DNA from: Trichosphaerium sp. ATCC 40318
Taxonomy: Eukaryota > Protista > Tubulinea
Length of the DNA: 64,000 bases
Assembly (NCBI GenBank): GCA_038496445.1
Contig: JALMLS010000478.1
Span: 62,001-126,000 of the forward strand
Reading direction: 5' to 3'
The notes beneath the pieces are model-generated. The model did no database searches and was not told the origin of the DNA. It was given only the letters and a program-made list of their open reading frames with translations. This document shows, one piece after another, positions 37,978-50,450 of the stretch (its first letter is position 1; every line of letters begins with the position of its first letter). Both the position numbers and the translations under genes were made by a program.

Positions 37978-40900
37978 TCAGTCCTTCAGCTGCCTTTCTC
38001 TTTCAAACACTTCTTCTTCATTCTCTATTATCGCCTCTATCCAGGCTTTTAACTCTCTTACATCTTTACATCTCTTCACTTGAGCGACCAACCTGGATTG
38101 TGTGCTATTACTGCGCATATATGGACTACCCTTTCCCACTATGCTCAATAATGCTTTCACGCTATCTTTCATTGGTATAATCAGAATTTTATCTTTGATC
38201 GTTCCCAAGACTTTTAATAAAATTTCTATTCTGTGCTCATACCCCTTCGTTGTTTTATCTTTAACCATATCAGCCTTTTTAGTATTCTCTCTTATCTCTC
38301 TAATTCTTTTCGCTATTACTTTGGTTGTCGTCATCGCATCACCAGCTGTGGTTAACTCAGCCTCTGCTTTGATGTTAGGCAGGTATGTTTTACTTCTGTC
38401 TGGGTCATGGAACTCTTCTTCACGCCCTTCGAACTTCCTCATCTGTTCATCTTGCGTCAGTGCCCCTTCCGGCCGCAAGAACGAATCAATAAAAGGTTTC
38501 AATCGGCGGAAGTTAATTACTCTACTCATTCGGCTTTGAGGAGGTAAGTTGATAAGTGCTGTATTTGGAGACATCAGCTCTAATATCTCATACGGTCCCC
38601 TCCATCTCTTAGCCAACTTTTTCTTTTCACCCGTCTTCACTTGAGGTACGAAGATGTACACTAGCTGACCTGCTTGAAAGTTCACAAATCTTGTTCTTTC
38701 ATTGTAGTACTTCGCTTGCGTCTTCTTGGCCTTTAGTATATTTTCTCTCGCTATCTGGTATGCGAACCGTATTCTATGAGCAAGGGAATCCACCCAATTA
38801 CCCATATTGTACGTGTCTGGTACTTCAACCGTCTCTTCTTTAGTGAGGTCAATTGGTAGTCTTGGTTCTCTACCAAACATCAACGCGTAGGGAGCGTATC
38901 CTGTGACATGATGTACTGCTGTTCTGTAAGCATACAATGCGTAAGGTATCCAATAATCCCAGTTGTTCTGATCTTCGTTCACGAATGCTCTGATAATTTC
39001 TATCAACGTGTGATTAAATCTCTCCACTTGACCATCTGTCTGTGGGTGAAATGCCGCTGTTCTGCTACCTTCAATGCGTAATATTTTGTACACTTCTTTC
39101 ATCAACGCGCCTGTGAAGTCACCACCTTGATCTGTTAAGACACGGTTGGGTATACCGTATCTAAAACAAAACTCTTTAACAAAAACAGGAGCTATATCAA
39201 CCGCCTTATGCCGTGGCAGAGCATACGCATCAACCCATTTAGTAAAGTGGTCAGTGATCACTAGAAGGTACTTATTACCATTTCTCGTATCTGGCAGCGG
39301 TCCTACAATATCCATTGCCACCAGTTGCATCGGTTGTAATACTGGGAATTCAACCATGAATCCTGGTTTTGGTAACCTCGGTGACTTAGCTCTTTGACAC
39401 ATCCTACACGATTTGCACCATTCTCTAGTATCTGAGTACATGCCAGCCCAATAGAAGCGTTCACTGACCTTACCATAGGTCTTAATAAACCCTAGATGTC
39501 CTGCAAAAGGCAGGTCGTGGCATTGGCGAAGCACAAATGGTTGTAACGTTTTTGGTACTACAATCTGCATCTTGTTGCTCTCTCCAAATGAACGATTGGT
39601 ACGATTCACGTGATATAAGATACCTGACGTCTCATCGTACTTCAACCGTCTTGCAAATGTTATAAACACGCTTCTTCTAAAGCCTCTTTGCCTCGTCACA
39701 TATGACGGAACTTTTCCTTGTGTCAAAAACTGTATATAGGCCTTAAGTTCAGGGTCTTTCTCCTGACACTCTGCCCAGTTAATGGCTCCGTATTCTGGTG
39801 TGTTTTCTAAGACATTCACTTCCTCACGTCTCTCGGTGTTACCAAATTTTGTAAACGTATCATCACCTGTCCATAAAGACGTTTCAACTGCGTTAATATT
39901 GCATAATGCCTCATTATTATAAGTATCATTTGCTAACGCATTGAGTTTATCTGACGCCCATGGTGGTCTTGTCAATGCATCAGCATCCGTATGTGTTGCT
40001 CCTTTCTTATACACTAACACAAAGTCCATTTGTTGAACCTCCAACAACCATCTAGCTAACATTGGTTTTGGGTCTGCCAGATTCTGTAAATATTGTAATG
40101 GCTTATGATCCGTATATACAACCAATTTGAACTTTGCAAATGAGAGATATCCTTTAAACTCTCGTAACGCGAGCACGATTCCTAGCATCTCTCGTTCTAT
40201 TGTTGAATATTTTCGTTGGGGAGCTGTGAACGTCTTACTGAAGTATGCTACCACGTGTTGTTTCTTCTTGTGTCTCTGCACTAACGTTCCTCCTGCAGCC
40301 ACTTGGGATGCATCTACGTGTATTTCGAAAGGTTTGGTAAAGTCGGGATGCCTGAGAATAGGAGGTGAAGACAGCATGTCCTTTATCTTTTCAAACGCCA
40401 GCTGTTGTTCTTTACCCCATCTCCATCTAACACCCGTTCGCCTCAAACTGTTGAGCGGTTCTACTACGTGAGCATATTTGGGCACAAACTTTCTATAGTA
40501 ACCTGTTAATCCTAAACATCGTTCTATCTCTTCGACCGTCCTCGGTGGATCAGCTTTCTGAATAGCATCTGTGATACGTGGATTTGTTGCAACTCCTTCT
40601 GCACTCACAACATGACCCAAAAACTCAACCTTATCTTTAAATAGAACTGATTTCTTCGCTTTCAGTTTCATGTTATGCTCTCGTAGCCTCTCAAACAATA
40701 ACTTTAGGTGCACCAGATGATCTTCAAAGGTACTGCTAAACACTATTATGTCATCGACATAACACAAGCACGTCTGCCATAGCAAGCCGGATAACATTAG
40801 GTTCATGTGCCTTTGGAATGTAGCTTGCGCGTTCTTCAAACCAAAGGGCATACCAACACATTCGAAGAGACCCCATTCAGTCGCAAAGGCTGTCTTTTCG

Positions 40901-42690
40901 GCGTCATCTTCGTGCATTCTAATTTGCCAGTACCCGGAGATAGCATCAAATGTACTGAAGTATTTTGCTTTTGCTAACGCTTGCATCATGTCATTGACAC
41001 GCGGCAATGGGTGTACGTCTTTCTTGGTCACCTTATTTAGGCGCCTGAAATCAATACAAAACCTCCACTCCCCACTGCGTTTCTTTACCAGTACCACTGG
41101 TGATGACCATTCTGACTTTGAGTATTTAATCATGTTATTCTTTAACATTTTCTCGATTTCAGCCTTCGCAATTTCTCTCTGTTTTGGTCTCATTGGTCTG
41201 TAAGGAGTACTAATCGGTCTCGTACCCTGAGGTACAGGTATACGGTGTTTAATGCCTTTCACAGCACCTGGCTCTCGCAATGAATCTACAAAGATATCAT
41301 CGTTCTGAGCCATGAACTTATACGCTTTCAACTTCTGTTCTTCTGTGAGGCGACATCCATTAAGTTTAAATCTCTTTTGTGCAGCGTATACATCCTCCAT
41401 GGTTACCTTCGCGCACAAGTCTACTATATCTTGTTTATGCTTTCGGTAATCAAAGTTAAGAGAACACACTTCGTCTCCTTCTTCAAGTGCTCGGAAGCTA
41501 GCTATGTTATAGTTCGCTGGTATCCTTCTCATCACATTGTGAGGGTTCATGACTCGTACTCTTACTAAAGACCTACGTGCCTTACACACCGATCTACTCA
41601 ATTGTATACCCACGTCGTTCAACAGGTTAGCATGACCGCCCTGGTTCTCCAACTGCAGAGGTTCTATCAACCCTTCTTTGTTGTTCACCGGTGTTGACAG
41701 TTTTGCTAGGAACGAACATTCTGTGTATGGCGGTAATTTGATTGCGTTCGTAGTAATCACATTTGCGTACTGCGTCTTTCTATCATTTTCTTGGGTACAT
41801 GTAATGGGTACTTCTTCTCCTTTATGGTTTATCATCATCAACCTTCCGTAATCAATACACATGTTCCACTTTTTCAACATTGTAGTTCCAAGTAATAACT
41901 TATATTTGAACTCTTTAATCACGTGACACCACACCGGTATCTGCGTCTTACCGATTGTGATTTGCATTTTAATCAAACCCAAAGCTTTAATTTGCTTGTT
42001 ATCCGCTGTGTATATTGGCCTTGTAGCATCAGGTATGATATTCTTTTGCAACTTCAACCGTTCTACCAGACGCGAATCAACAATGCACATTGAAGCTCCA
42101 GAATCTAACAACGCATTGACTTTTAGGTCGTTAACACGCACGCGCGCCTTGGTGACAGTATAATGGAACGCCTCACTTTTCTCACCCTCATTATCACACA
42201 CATTCAACAATCTTGCCGTAGCAGACAAATGACACGAGTTATCAAACAACACATTGTAACTCCAAAAACTTTTATTGTCACGATCTCTACGGTACGAATC
42301 TTCATCGCGATCTCTTCTTCGCAGCTCTCTCTCTCTTCTGTAACCGTCTCTGTCACGGTCGTCTTCACGTTCACGTCGGTATCGATCTTCGCTTGGGTAA
42401 TCGTCATCCATCGCGTTAACTCTTCTTGCTGAGGGACAATCATAACTCATATGGCCATACCCATTGCAGTTAAAGCACTTCGGTCCATCATCCAAGCGTT
42501 TCCTTGGTGGCGAAGAGCGTCTCTGAGCGGTGATGGTCATATATCTGTTGCCTTCCAGAGTATCCTTGACGTTGTCCATATCCACTGGATCCATAATTGC
42601 GGCGGTTGTTCGTCGATCTGTATCTCTGCTGTTGACGTCCTTGATACCCTCGTTGCGATCTCCACTTAGCTTGGCGTACTCCTCTGTCAT
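37978..42690 (-). CDS. pol: Gypsy polyprotein: CCHC knuckle, aspartic protease, RT, RNase H, integrase
   Basis: CFNCNGYGHMSYDC; LLDSGAS; YVDD; HVDAS..EREMLG..TDHKPL; HHCC finger; D-D-E core; WRGPY. Confidence 0.95.
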   Translation of the reverse strand: MTEEYAKLSGDRNEGIKDVNSRDTDRRTTAAIMDPVDMDNVKDTLEGNRYMTITAQRRSSPPRKRLDDGPKCFNCNGYGHMSYDCPSARRVNAMDDDYPSEDRYRREREDDRDRDGYRRERELRRRDRDEDSYRRDRDNKSFWSYNVLFDNSCHLSATARLLNVCDNEGEKSEAFHYTVTKARVRVNDLKVNALLDSGASMCIVDSRLVERLKLQKNIIPDATRPIYTADNKQIKALGLIKMQITIGKTQIPVWCHVIKEFKYKLLLGTTMLKKWNMCIDYGRLMMINHKGEEVPITCTQENDRKTQYANVITTNAIKLPPYTECSFLAKLSTPVNNKEGLIEPLQLENQGGHANLLNDVGIQLSRSVCKARRSLVRVRVMNPHNVMRRIPANYNIASFRALEEGDEVCSLNFDYRKHKQDIVDLCAKVTMEDVYAAQKRFKLNGCRLTEEQKLKAYKFMAQNDDIFVDSLREPGAVKGIKHRIPVPQGTRPISTPYRPMRPKQREIAKAEIEKMLKNNMIKYSKSEWSSPVVLVKKRSGEWRFCIDFRRLNKVTKKDVHPLPRVNDMMQALAKAKYFSTFDAISGYWQIRMHEDDAEKTAFATEWGLFECVGMPFGLKNAQATFQRHMNLMLSGLLWQTCLCYVDDIIVFSSTFEDHLVHLKLLFERLREHNMKLKAKKSVLFKDKVEFLGHVVSAEGVATNPRITDAIQKADPPRTVEEIERCLGLTGYYRKFVPKYAHVVEPLNSLRRTGVRWRWGKEQQLAFEKIKDMLSSPPILRHPDFTKPFEIHVDASQVAAGGTLVQRHKKKQHVVAYFSKTFTAPQRKYSTIEREMLGIVLALREFKGYLSFAKFKLVVYTDHKPLQYLQNLADPKPMLARWLLEVQQMDFVLVYKKGATHTDADALTRPPWASDKLNALANDTYNNEALCNINAVETSLWTGDDTFTKFGNTERREEVNVLENTPEYGAINWAECQEKDPELKAYIQFLTQGKVPSYVTRQRGFRRSVFITFARRLKYDETSGILYHVNRTNRSFGESNKMQIVVPKTLQPFVLRQCHDLPFAGHLGFIKTYGKVSERFYWAGMYSDTREWCKSCRMCQRAKSPRLPKPGFMVEFPVLQPMQLVAMDIVGPLPDTRNGNKYLLVITDHFTKWVDAYALPRHKAVDIAPVFVKEFCFRYGIPNRVLTDQGGDFTGALMKEVYKILRIEGSRTAAFHPQTDGQVERFNHTLIEIIRAFVNEDQNNWDYWIPYALYAYRTAVHHVTGYAPYALMFGREPRLPIDLTKEETVEVPDTYNMGNWVDSLAHRIRFAYQIARENILKAKKTQAKYYNERTRFVNFQAGQLVYIFVPQVKTGEKKKLAKRWRGPYEILELMSPNTALINLPPQSRMSRVINFRRLKPFIDSFLRPEGALTQDEQMRKFEGREEEFHDPDRSKTYLPNIKAEAELTTAGDAMTTTKVIAKRIREIRENTKKADMVKDKTTKGYEHRIEILLKVLGTIKDKILIIPMKDSVKALLSIVGKGSPYMRSNSTQSRLVAQVKRCKDVRELKAWIEAIIENEEEVFERERQLKD

Positions 42691-43783
42691 ACTCGTCTAC
42701 ACATTGTCGCTTAGAGTCGTCATCTCTTCGCGAATCTGCTTTTCTTTTCGTCGCCAACGAATTTAGCGCATCTTTGCGTCTAGCTGCCTCTACCGCTTCC
42801 TGTACACGTCTGTCTTCCTCTTTTTGCTTCTTAGCGTCCTTATCTGCGACCTCTTGACTAAGCTCCTGCCACGACGCCGTTTTGTAGATCGTTTGTGCTC
42901 CTGACGTGTTGATCTCTCCTTTTAACGTCTTCATCACAAATTGGCGCGTCTCTGCCTTTAAACCTTTCAAAAACGCTGCCGCACGCGTACGTTCGTCGAC
43001 CAGAGCTGTATCCGCCAATCGCATGCAGTATTCATAATATGCCGTCAAACTTTGCGTCTTTTTCTGTTGTACCGACTGTAACAACTCCAACGCTCGTACG
43101 GACTGTACAGCCATCTGAAATCCCTGGATTAACGCTCTAATAGCTTTTGCGTAATCTCTGTTGAACTTTCTCGCCTTCAACAATCTCGCTGCACGTCCTT
43201 CACACCTTTGTCGTAACACATATACACATGCTTCTTCATTGCACTTGAACACCGAGCAATATTCTTGGATCTTTGACAAGAACACTTCTAACTCTACGGC
43301 TTTGCTTGAAAACATCGGTATGTGGTTGAAACGCTTGCACTCCGTTTGTTTACGCTTGTTACCGCGCCATTTAACCCTCTTCGGTTTGTCCTCATCATCG
43401 TACACAAGATGTGGCATAAAGGCTAATACCGTCGCTCTCTCTGCTTCTGTGATCTCCGTAAGATGTTCCAAAACGCTTCGACTCCTGACCATTGCTTTTG
43501 TGCGTTCCTTTGATTTATCTTCCGACTCTGAACTTGAACTTGAAGAACTAGCTGTACTTGTGGAACTATCACTGCTAGAACTGACTTCCTTCGAATCACC
43601 TTTCGATCTCCCTTTTCTTTTTGGCTTTGTGTCTTTTTCTTCCTCATCAGCCTTCTCCTCCTTTCTTTTTCCTCTCGGTATACTCTCCTCCTCCTCTTCT
43701 TCAACACTTTCGACGTACTCTTTATCCAAAGTCTTCTTTGGCTTCCGTCTCTTAGTAGTAAGCTTCGTTTGTGTTTTAGACAT
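42488..43783 (-). CDS. gag: Gypsy Gag (capsid-like)
   Basis: 431-aa ORF starting right after the PBS; capsid-like QQKKTQSLTAYYEYCMRLA..AFLKGL. Confidence 0.85.
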   Translation of the reverse strand: MSKTQTKLTTKRRKPKKTLDKEYVESVEEEEEESIPRGKRKEEKADEEEKDTKPKRKGRSKGDSKEVSSSSDSSTSTASSSSSSSESEDKSKERTKAMVRSRSVLEHLTEITEAERATVLAFMPHLVYDDEDKPKRVKWRGNKRKQTECKRFNHIPMFSSKAVELEVFLSKIQEYCSVFKCNEEACVYVLRQRCEGRAARLLKARKFNRDYAKAIRALIQGFQMAVQSVRALELLQSVQQKKTQSLTAYYEYCMRLADTALVDERTRAAAFLKGLKAETRQFVMKTLKGEINTSGAQTIYKTASWQELSQEVADKDAKKQKEEDRRVQEAVEAARRKDALNSLATKRKADSRRDDDSKRQCVDEYDRGVRQAKWRSQRGYQGRQQQRYRSTNNRRNYGSSGYGQRQGYSGRQQIYDHHRSETLFATKETLG

Positions 43784-43802
43784 CTCTGCTCGAGTCGCCA
43801 GA

Positions 43803-43895
43803 TGTAACAGGTAAAGATGTCACTCCGAACACAATATTTATTATCTAGGCCTTTTACATAGGTTGACTTTTACGTGGAGTAATTTCCCTCTTACA
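43803..43895 (-). repeat. 5' LTR (93 bp)
   Basis: Identical to 37787-37879; followed on the minus strand by TC-TGGCGAC PBS. Confidence 0.95.
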
Positions 43896-46407
43896 TGTCA
43901 CAAATCACCATTGCTCACACCAACAAAACATCGCTGGGTACACCTAACGACCAAATATGTTTGTCCATAACGTCATATAGCTGTTATTGTTTTTAATGGT
44001 GTGGAAACAGTACGCAACCAATTTATTTTGAATCTCATTTAACTGCTTTAATTAGGTTGTAATCAATTCTTGTTTGATTGAGGACAATAATATTATTGAT
44101 GCTCCACTTTTATTCATATTTTCAGGTGAAGCAGAAATATCAAACTCTAGTTTTGTGAGAAACCAAGTGAGCATACCATCTATTGGCAGATGCACGGGTA
44201 CTATCTTACTTTCAATTATGAGTACTAATCCTCTTGGAATAGAGTCTGTGGATTTACTGAGTGTTAGTAGGTTGCTTGTAGATTCTTGTGTGTTTGAGAA
44301 TAATACTTGCATGTACGTTATCTTGTTCTGTTGTATCGTGAAGTATCTTGCCATTTACAATACTCGTTTAGAAGAACAAATTCTTCAGCAATTCTAACTT
44401 CTCCTTCATTTGATGGGTTGGAAAGCAACATTACAATAAGGTCAAGAATATTCTATTTACTGGTGAAGTGCTTACTTTGCGTAGAAATACAATATTTGCT
44501 AGTGATGGTAATTGTGAAACAAATGTATTAGTTACTTGTTTTAATAATCAGAGATAGTAAACACAAATCCAGTATTTTCTTGTCGCTCGATAACAAATAA
44601 TTTCACTTGCAAATGTTACAGTACTACATTCTTTGGAGAGTGTAACACAACTGGTACCAATATTCATACTCAATTTAACACTAACTGATAGTATTTAATA
44701 GTTACATGCAACAACGAGCAGTACTGTGGTAAGACTTTTACAAAGAACAATGGAAAAAAAGACGTAACCTCTTTTAATCTTACATTTTAATTGCTTATAT
44801 TCTAGTAATCCCAACAGTTGAGCCACCAATTGCACCTACAGCTGTAACTCTACCAAATAAAATTGTGTTATCTGGTCCTTTGATAATAGATGGAGATTTG
44901 ATCCACTCAGGAACAGCTACAATTACTCCAGGAGGCTTTCTTGAAGTTGAAGGTAACACGTGATTCAATTTTTGATATTTTATGTTATTGAGTCATCCTT
45001 GATCTCATCAAGTGTAGGATCTATTGTGATACCACCAAACACGATGTTCATCATTGATTTCACTGGTTACAATGATACACTTGTTGATGACACAAGAATA
45101 GAAGTAATGAGAAGTAACAATGGCACAATAACCGGTAATGTTACGTTTGTTCCACCTTCAGAAAAAACGTGTTTAAGTGCATCACTTGATAGGACTCTTT
45201 CATCGTATGTCTATGTCTACTTTTGAGTCATCTAAATGACCCTGATTTTGATTTTAGGATATTTGTAATTGTATCAAGACCTGACACTTGTAGAACAGAA
45301 ACAGTGAACGTTGGTATGGTGTTTGGTATTACTTTCGGTGTTATTGTATTGTTGGTATGTTGTTATCTTGTTTTAACGTCTTCGTAACTTTTGACTTGGT
45401 GATAGGTGGTTATTGGTCTTATTGTCATCTTCTTTGTTACAAAGTTGAGACATGCAATTGTACCATACTCATTACGTAAAATCTCACTAAAAGTTACTTC
45501 TACTGAAAGTTAATTGTAATAAACAATCGATTTAAGGCTCTTTGTTCAATTTAAAGTTCCATTTTATAGTTCAGTTGTAAAGAGCATTTACCTGCACCTA
45601 TGTTCACAAACCATGTCGAAAATCAGGCTTAGTATTAACAAACTAGCGTTATTTGAACGAGAACAAGATTACTTTTTTTCTAATGTTATCTTGCAACAAA
45701 ATTACTAACCGTTTCACCGAGTACTATCTAGCATACCAAATATTAACTGTTTGCCATTGCAAAGTTTTTGTGGTTTGTCTACAAGCCAAAAAAATTCGGT
45801 GTTTGATAAGCTGCAAGCATAATCGTTTTAATAATAACGGAGTTACTCCAATAAGCCTGTTATATGCGGCTTTGAGTTTGAAATCATGTGCTAGTTTTGT
45901 AGTATTCTACTGGCTATTGGTCATGATAAGGGTAATCATTGTGCTCATTATCAGAGTTAGATTAAGAGTGACACTTCAAGTAAGGACATTCACAGGATTT
46001 TATCCAAAACACAAAAGCCGTTTATCCAAAACAGACTCAAATCAAAGGAATTTACGACTGTTACTATTATACACGTTATATCTTGAGTTATATTGACCCA
46101 TAATACCTTAAAATGGCTTTGATTGAACTATTTAGATCATGCGTTCTTGTTGATCTACAATACCAGATTGGAGGAGAATACGTCTCACCTAGCTTCGATC
46201 CCCTGGATCACTTAGCCAGAGACCCTTCCATTTATTTTAAATCTTAATCTTCCCTGGTACTGCTGATGTTGTTTTTGACGATGCTACCGTACTTAAACAA
46301 CTACCTCTCACTTATCAAACAGCAGTAAAATACTTATTTTTCTCTTATAGTTATGGTAGTCTTGCTCAGAAGTGATAGTTTATTAAACTCATAGTAGTAC
46401 AAAATGT

Positions 46408-48589
46408 TTATACCAAGTCAATGGCAGATCTTGCACGCAATTCAAAGTCCTGTATGACTCCACCTTCTTCGGTGACGTCAACTTGTTGAGAACTACATCT
46501 ATATCCTTCCGCACAAGCAGACACTGTCCATGTACCTTCAGGCAACCAAAGGAAATAAGATCCTAAAATATCCTGAATTAGCAGCCACCACAGACAATGA
46601 ACAGACATTGTTTTTACAATAAAAGTACTCTACCTGTTCTTGAATTTGTCGGTCTCTCCTCATCAAAGAACCACGTGATTTCTTCAAGAATATTAGAAAA
46701 ACATCAACAACTTTTTTGTCGTACCATCAACGTCAAGGAAAGCTTCAAGAGGCTCACCAGTATCGCTGTCAGTAACATGTCCTGAAAGTGGTATTGGGAG
46801 AGTTAGATAGTATAAAGTGCCTGGCCACACCTAGACAATTTGTTTAGAAAGGCAGACGAAATAGAACTCACCCTGAGGACTTCCTCTCTCATGGCATCTG
46901 CTGGTGGTTGAAAGGTTGTTCCTGTTTCGATAAGCGTAGCAAGAGTACCAGAATCATGGTATGCTGTGTGAATATCACCTCCCATTGCAGTAGAAGCTTG
47001 AAAAAAGTAAGAAAGAGAAGTAACTGATTTCCACTGTAAATCGTACATGCAAGAACATATGACATAAACTCTGCGAGTGTATCACCAATTTCTAAGTTAA
47101 CCGTTAGTAAAAACGTCTCTGGAATCTATTGTAACCACGTGCCATCGAACAAGGCCTTTATGCATGTTGGTAGTGGCGTGCCTCCTCCATAGTTAGGTCT
47201 TGTATCTGTAAGGATTATCATGAGCAATTTGGTTTCCAGCCACAAAACGAACCTCTTGAAAAACTGTGCCAATCTATCAACTTTGCAAATCTGCGATCTC
47301 TTTGAAAAGCGAGCATTGTTTGTGTCTCGGCCTCACTTGCTGGGTTTCTTCCTCTGAAAGTATCGGAGAATGGATTGGTAGAACCACCTATTGTGAAACA
47401 CTTTAGCACTTACAAGACGAACAGTTTTATAAGTACCACTTGGGAAATCCCATCCGAATGGGTAGTTACGGTTCAAATCAATACCGAACGCGCCACCACC
47501 ATTATTGCGTCTGTTCTTCCTCCAGAACGCGTTTGTAGTCCACGTGTAATCAAGACCATCTAAAAAATTATTAATTGTCAATTAACATTGTTTTTGTCTG
47601 GATTTTGTTCAAACGCGCCTGGATTCATTGTCCAGATAATATATATCTGGTTCTCTTCCACCAACTCTGTTAGGGTAGTCTCTCCATCCAAATACCCATT
47701 AACCAAGCGCTCAGCGGCATCCAGAGCAAGTTGAGGACTGTTTAACCAGGTTAGCCACGTGGTTTCTAATACATTTTCTGAACTTACGTTATGAGTTCTC
47801 TTGAGTGATGATTAGCTACAAGCAAGATGTTTGGTTGATCTTCGTCCTTAAAAAGAATAAGTTGGTAACAAAACTCAGAAGTTCGTTTAAAAATAAAAAC
47901 CGTACTGCTGTCACGTTTTCTGATATTTTTAGAGCGTAAATAGATTGTCCTTCTACTGTAAATTCAGTATTGTAGATATCAGTTAAATCTTCGAGTTGTG
48001 CGATATCAGGCGCTGTAAAAAAGAGCTGTTAGCAATAGGATACGTTTAAACTATTGAAAGAATTTGTTTTTTGACGTTATTACTCGTCACGTGCCTAACT
48101 CAGCCAAAGCCGTAAATTTATCAAACAAGTCTTGAGGTGTATCGTATCCGAGTGGTGGGTTTTTTAAGCCTTGCATCCTCCTCTCTTGGATTTTATAAAA
48201 CGGTTCACCTTTTAATTGTACGTTAGTTTTTATAACGCCGTACTTGTAGTAATAAGAGTGTGTTGTCAAATAGTGATTAAATTGTGAAATGTCCTGTGTT
48301 TTTTTTTGCTTTTTTTTGAAGTTCAACATTGAACTTTCTAGTACAAGCCGACGCTCGTACCAATTTCCTTGGCAATGATGTTATAGCCCAAAGATTTGAA
48401 TACAGCTTCATCATTATTACATCCAATAACAAGAAGTGTAGAGTCATTTTTAGGGTAGACATCGAACCCACGTTCTTCAAGAGCTGATTTTTTCAGCTTC
48501 CCTTCCAAAACATAACTATTTAGCCATAGATCATCAGAAACCGCCAATGCTATAAAGCAAAGGGTAGATAAGAGTATAAAGAGCTTCAT
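46408..48589 (-). CDS. Secreted M14 zinc carboxypeptidase (multi-exon)
   Basis: Signal MKLFILLSTLCFIALA; NHHSRE, NPDG, WRKNR, GIDLNRNY, SEAET, DWHSF motifs; C-terminal beta-sandwich exon. Confidence 0.88.
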
Positions 48590-50450
48590 ATCGTGTTGGT
48601 TGTTTAAAATTGTCCTTTAAGATCACACAGTTCACCAATCACTGTGGTCAATGAACCCGTTAAAAATATTTTTATTATCCACAAAATAACTAAAAAACTA
48701 AAAAGGGCAATTAGTATTGTGAATGGGGTTGCCGCAAGTGTCGGCCATACACCATTCTATGTAGTTTTAGGTGTTGCTGGAATACCAGACAATGAAAAGG
48801 CAGTATAGACCAGCACTAGGGTAACAAGGCATTAAATTCGGCAGAATTTGAGGAGCGCTATTCTTGGAAGTTTGTATTTTTGTAAGTTATTTTGGCGACA
48901 AAATCACGTTTGATAAATTATAATCACGTGGTACACATTTTTTGAATAGCGTGATAATTTACGACTAAAAGAGCTATTCTCTTAAGCACAGCGTAATGTC
49001 CGAAAACGATTACATAACCTATGCCAATACGCTATGTATGTAGAGATAAAACTACCGGTATTTATTTAGAAGGAATCACAAACTGATACAAAATCTGCTC
49101 CAGAGACCCACCGTAGAAATTATCTCTGTTGCTTTCCAAACGCCAAATATTTGCACTGGTTGCATGAAAGCAACTGAATGTTATTTTAGCCGGACCATTT
49201 CTTGTCAAAGTGTGCGCAGGTTGTATAAAACTGCAAGTAAAGCTAAAAATAAACTGTTTTTTTTGTTTACAGGCATTTTTATCCATACATAAACGCTGGA
49301 AGAGTTGGCTCTTCTGGTTTAGGATATATATAGCAGCACTTGGTTAAGCATTGCAAGCATCTGCATGGGTCCTGTAATTTTCAAAACAAATCGTTGCTCA
49401 ATCGAGCTATGAATGTTCTAAGCGTGGCAAACTACACATTCCGACACTGTCATTTGATTGCTGGCTATTTTTCTTGGTTAAGTGCGCGGTATCTTGCGGT
49501 TGTTTTGTCAAACCTTAGATTTACGTTGTCATTGAATGGCAGCATTTTTGGAAATGGTAAAACAAACGTAAGTGAAAAAAAACCGGCTAGCAATCAAAAT
49601 GACAGTGTCGGAATGTGTAGTTCGACACTGTCTAGGAGCGTAACTAGACCATTCATAGCTTAATTAAGCAATGATTTGTTTTGAAAAATACGGGGTCTCT
49701 GACATCATAACCCAATTAAATAAAAATCCTCATTTTCTGGTTATTGTTGTATGCGGTTTCAGAGATGTCATCTATTCCATTAGCATTAATATGTGATGAT
49801 CATTTCGCTGTTTAAAAGGATTTATGAGGACCTTTGAATCTAATATTGATACATACAATATACCATTCTAATACGCTTGTATACCAGCGCTAGTTATCAC
49901 ATTGTTTGAATTCCAAAATAGTTTGAAAAATGAGTTTTTATAAAAAAGTTGTTTTGACTGTCAGTACTATTCCTCTGTGCAGCATAAACATATCGCAAAA
50001 TGGTTTTGCGCATATGCAATTATATCATTACAGCTATATGTTCTAAGCATCAATTGAAGTGTAAGATGGTTCTGAGGTGAGTAAAAATGTCTCAAAGATT
50101 CTCGAAATCCACAATTATCAAACATCAAAAATTTGGTAATTCTGTAACTTCCTCAAAAGCGATGCTGCCCCGAAACTTAGATTAAATTCAACAATATCTA
50201 ATTTTTCACAAACATACAAATGTCAATAGATATTTAGATATCTAAACATGGATGAGAGCAAAAATATAAGGTAACATTGAGCTTTCGTTAGTTGTCGTCA
50301 TCGTTGTAACAAACAATGAGAACAGATCACACTTGATTGGGAAAACATTTTTTAGAAACTGTTTTAGGTCATCAATCACGTGCGTTGAATTCAAAAACTA
50401 TGAATATCATTACCGTTCTAGTTACGAAGCGTAACTATTTACTTTAGAAA

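Larger units (their letters stand above)
37787..43895 (-). mobile_element. Full-length Ty3/Gypsy LTR retrotransposon
   Basis: Identical TG..CA LTRs, TGTC TSD at 37783-37786 and 43896-43899, PBS TGGCGACTCGAGC, PPT AGGGGAG, domain order PR-RT-RH-IN. Confidence 0.97.
36868..45513 (+). pseudogene. Variable beta-helix membrane protein, copy 4, disrupted by a MITE and an LTR retrotransposon
   Basis: Family exons 36868-37786 resume at 43896; the MITE creates an in-frame TAG. Confidence 0.85.

Noticed and set aside
37978-42690. Reverse transcriptase inside a hypervariable gene family, suggesting a diversity-generating retroelement
   Set aside because: The RT is an ordinary Gypsy pol with LTRs and TSD; no template/variable repeat pair or adenine-specific pattern was visible
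38102-43814. Plus-strand ORFs of 60-217 aa within the retrotransposon
   Set aside because: Antisense shadows of gag/pol with no independent features
49884-50250. Extra segment upstream of receptor copy 5 (and another at about 32565-32865)
   Set aside because: No TIRs or TSD found by eye, so not called mobile elements
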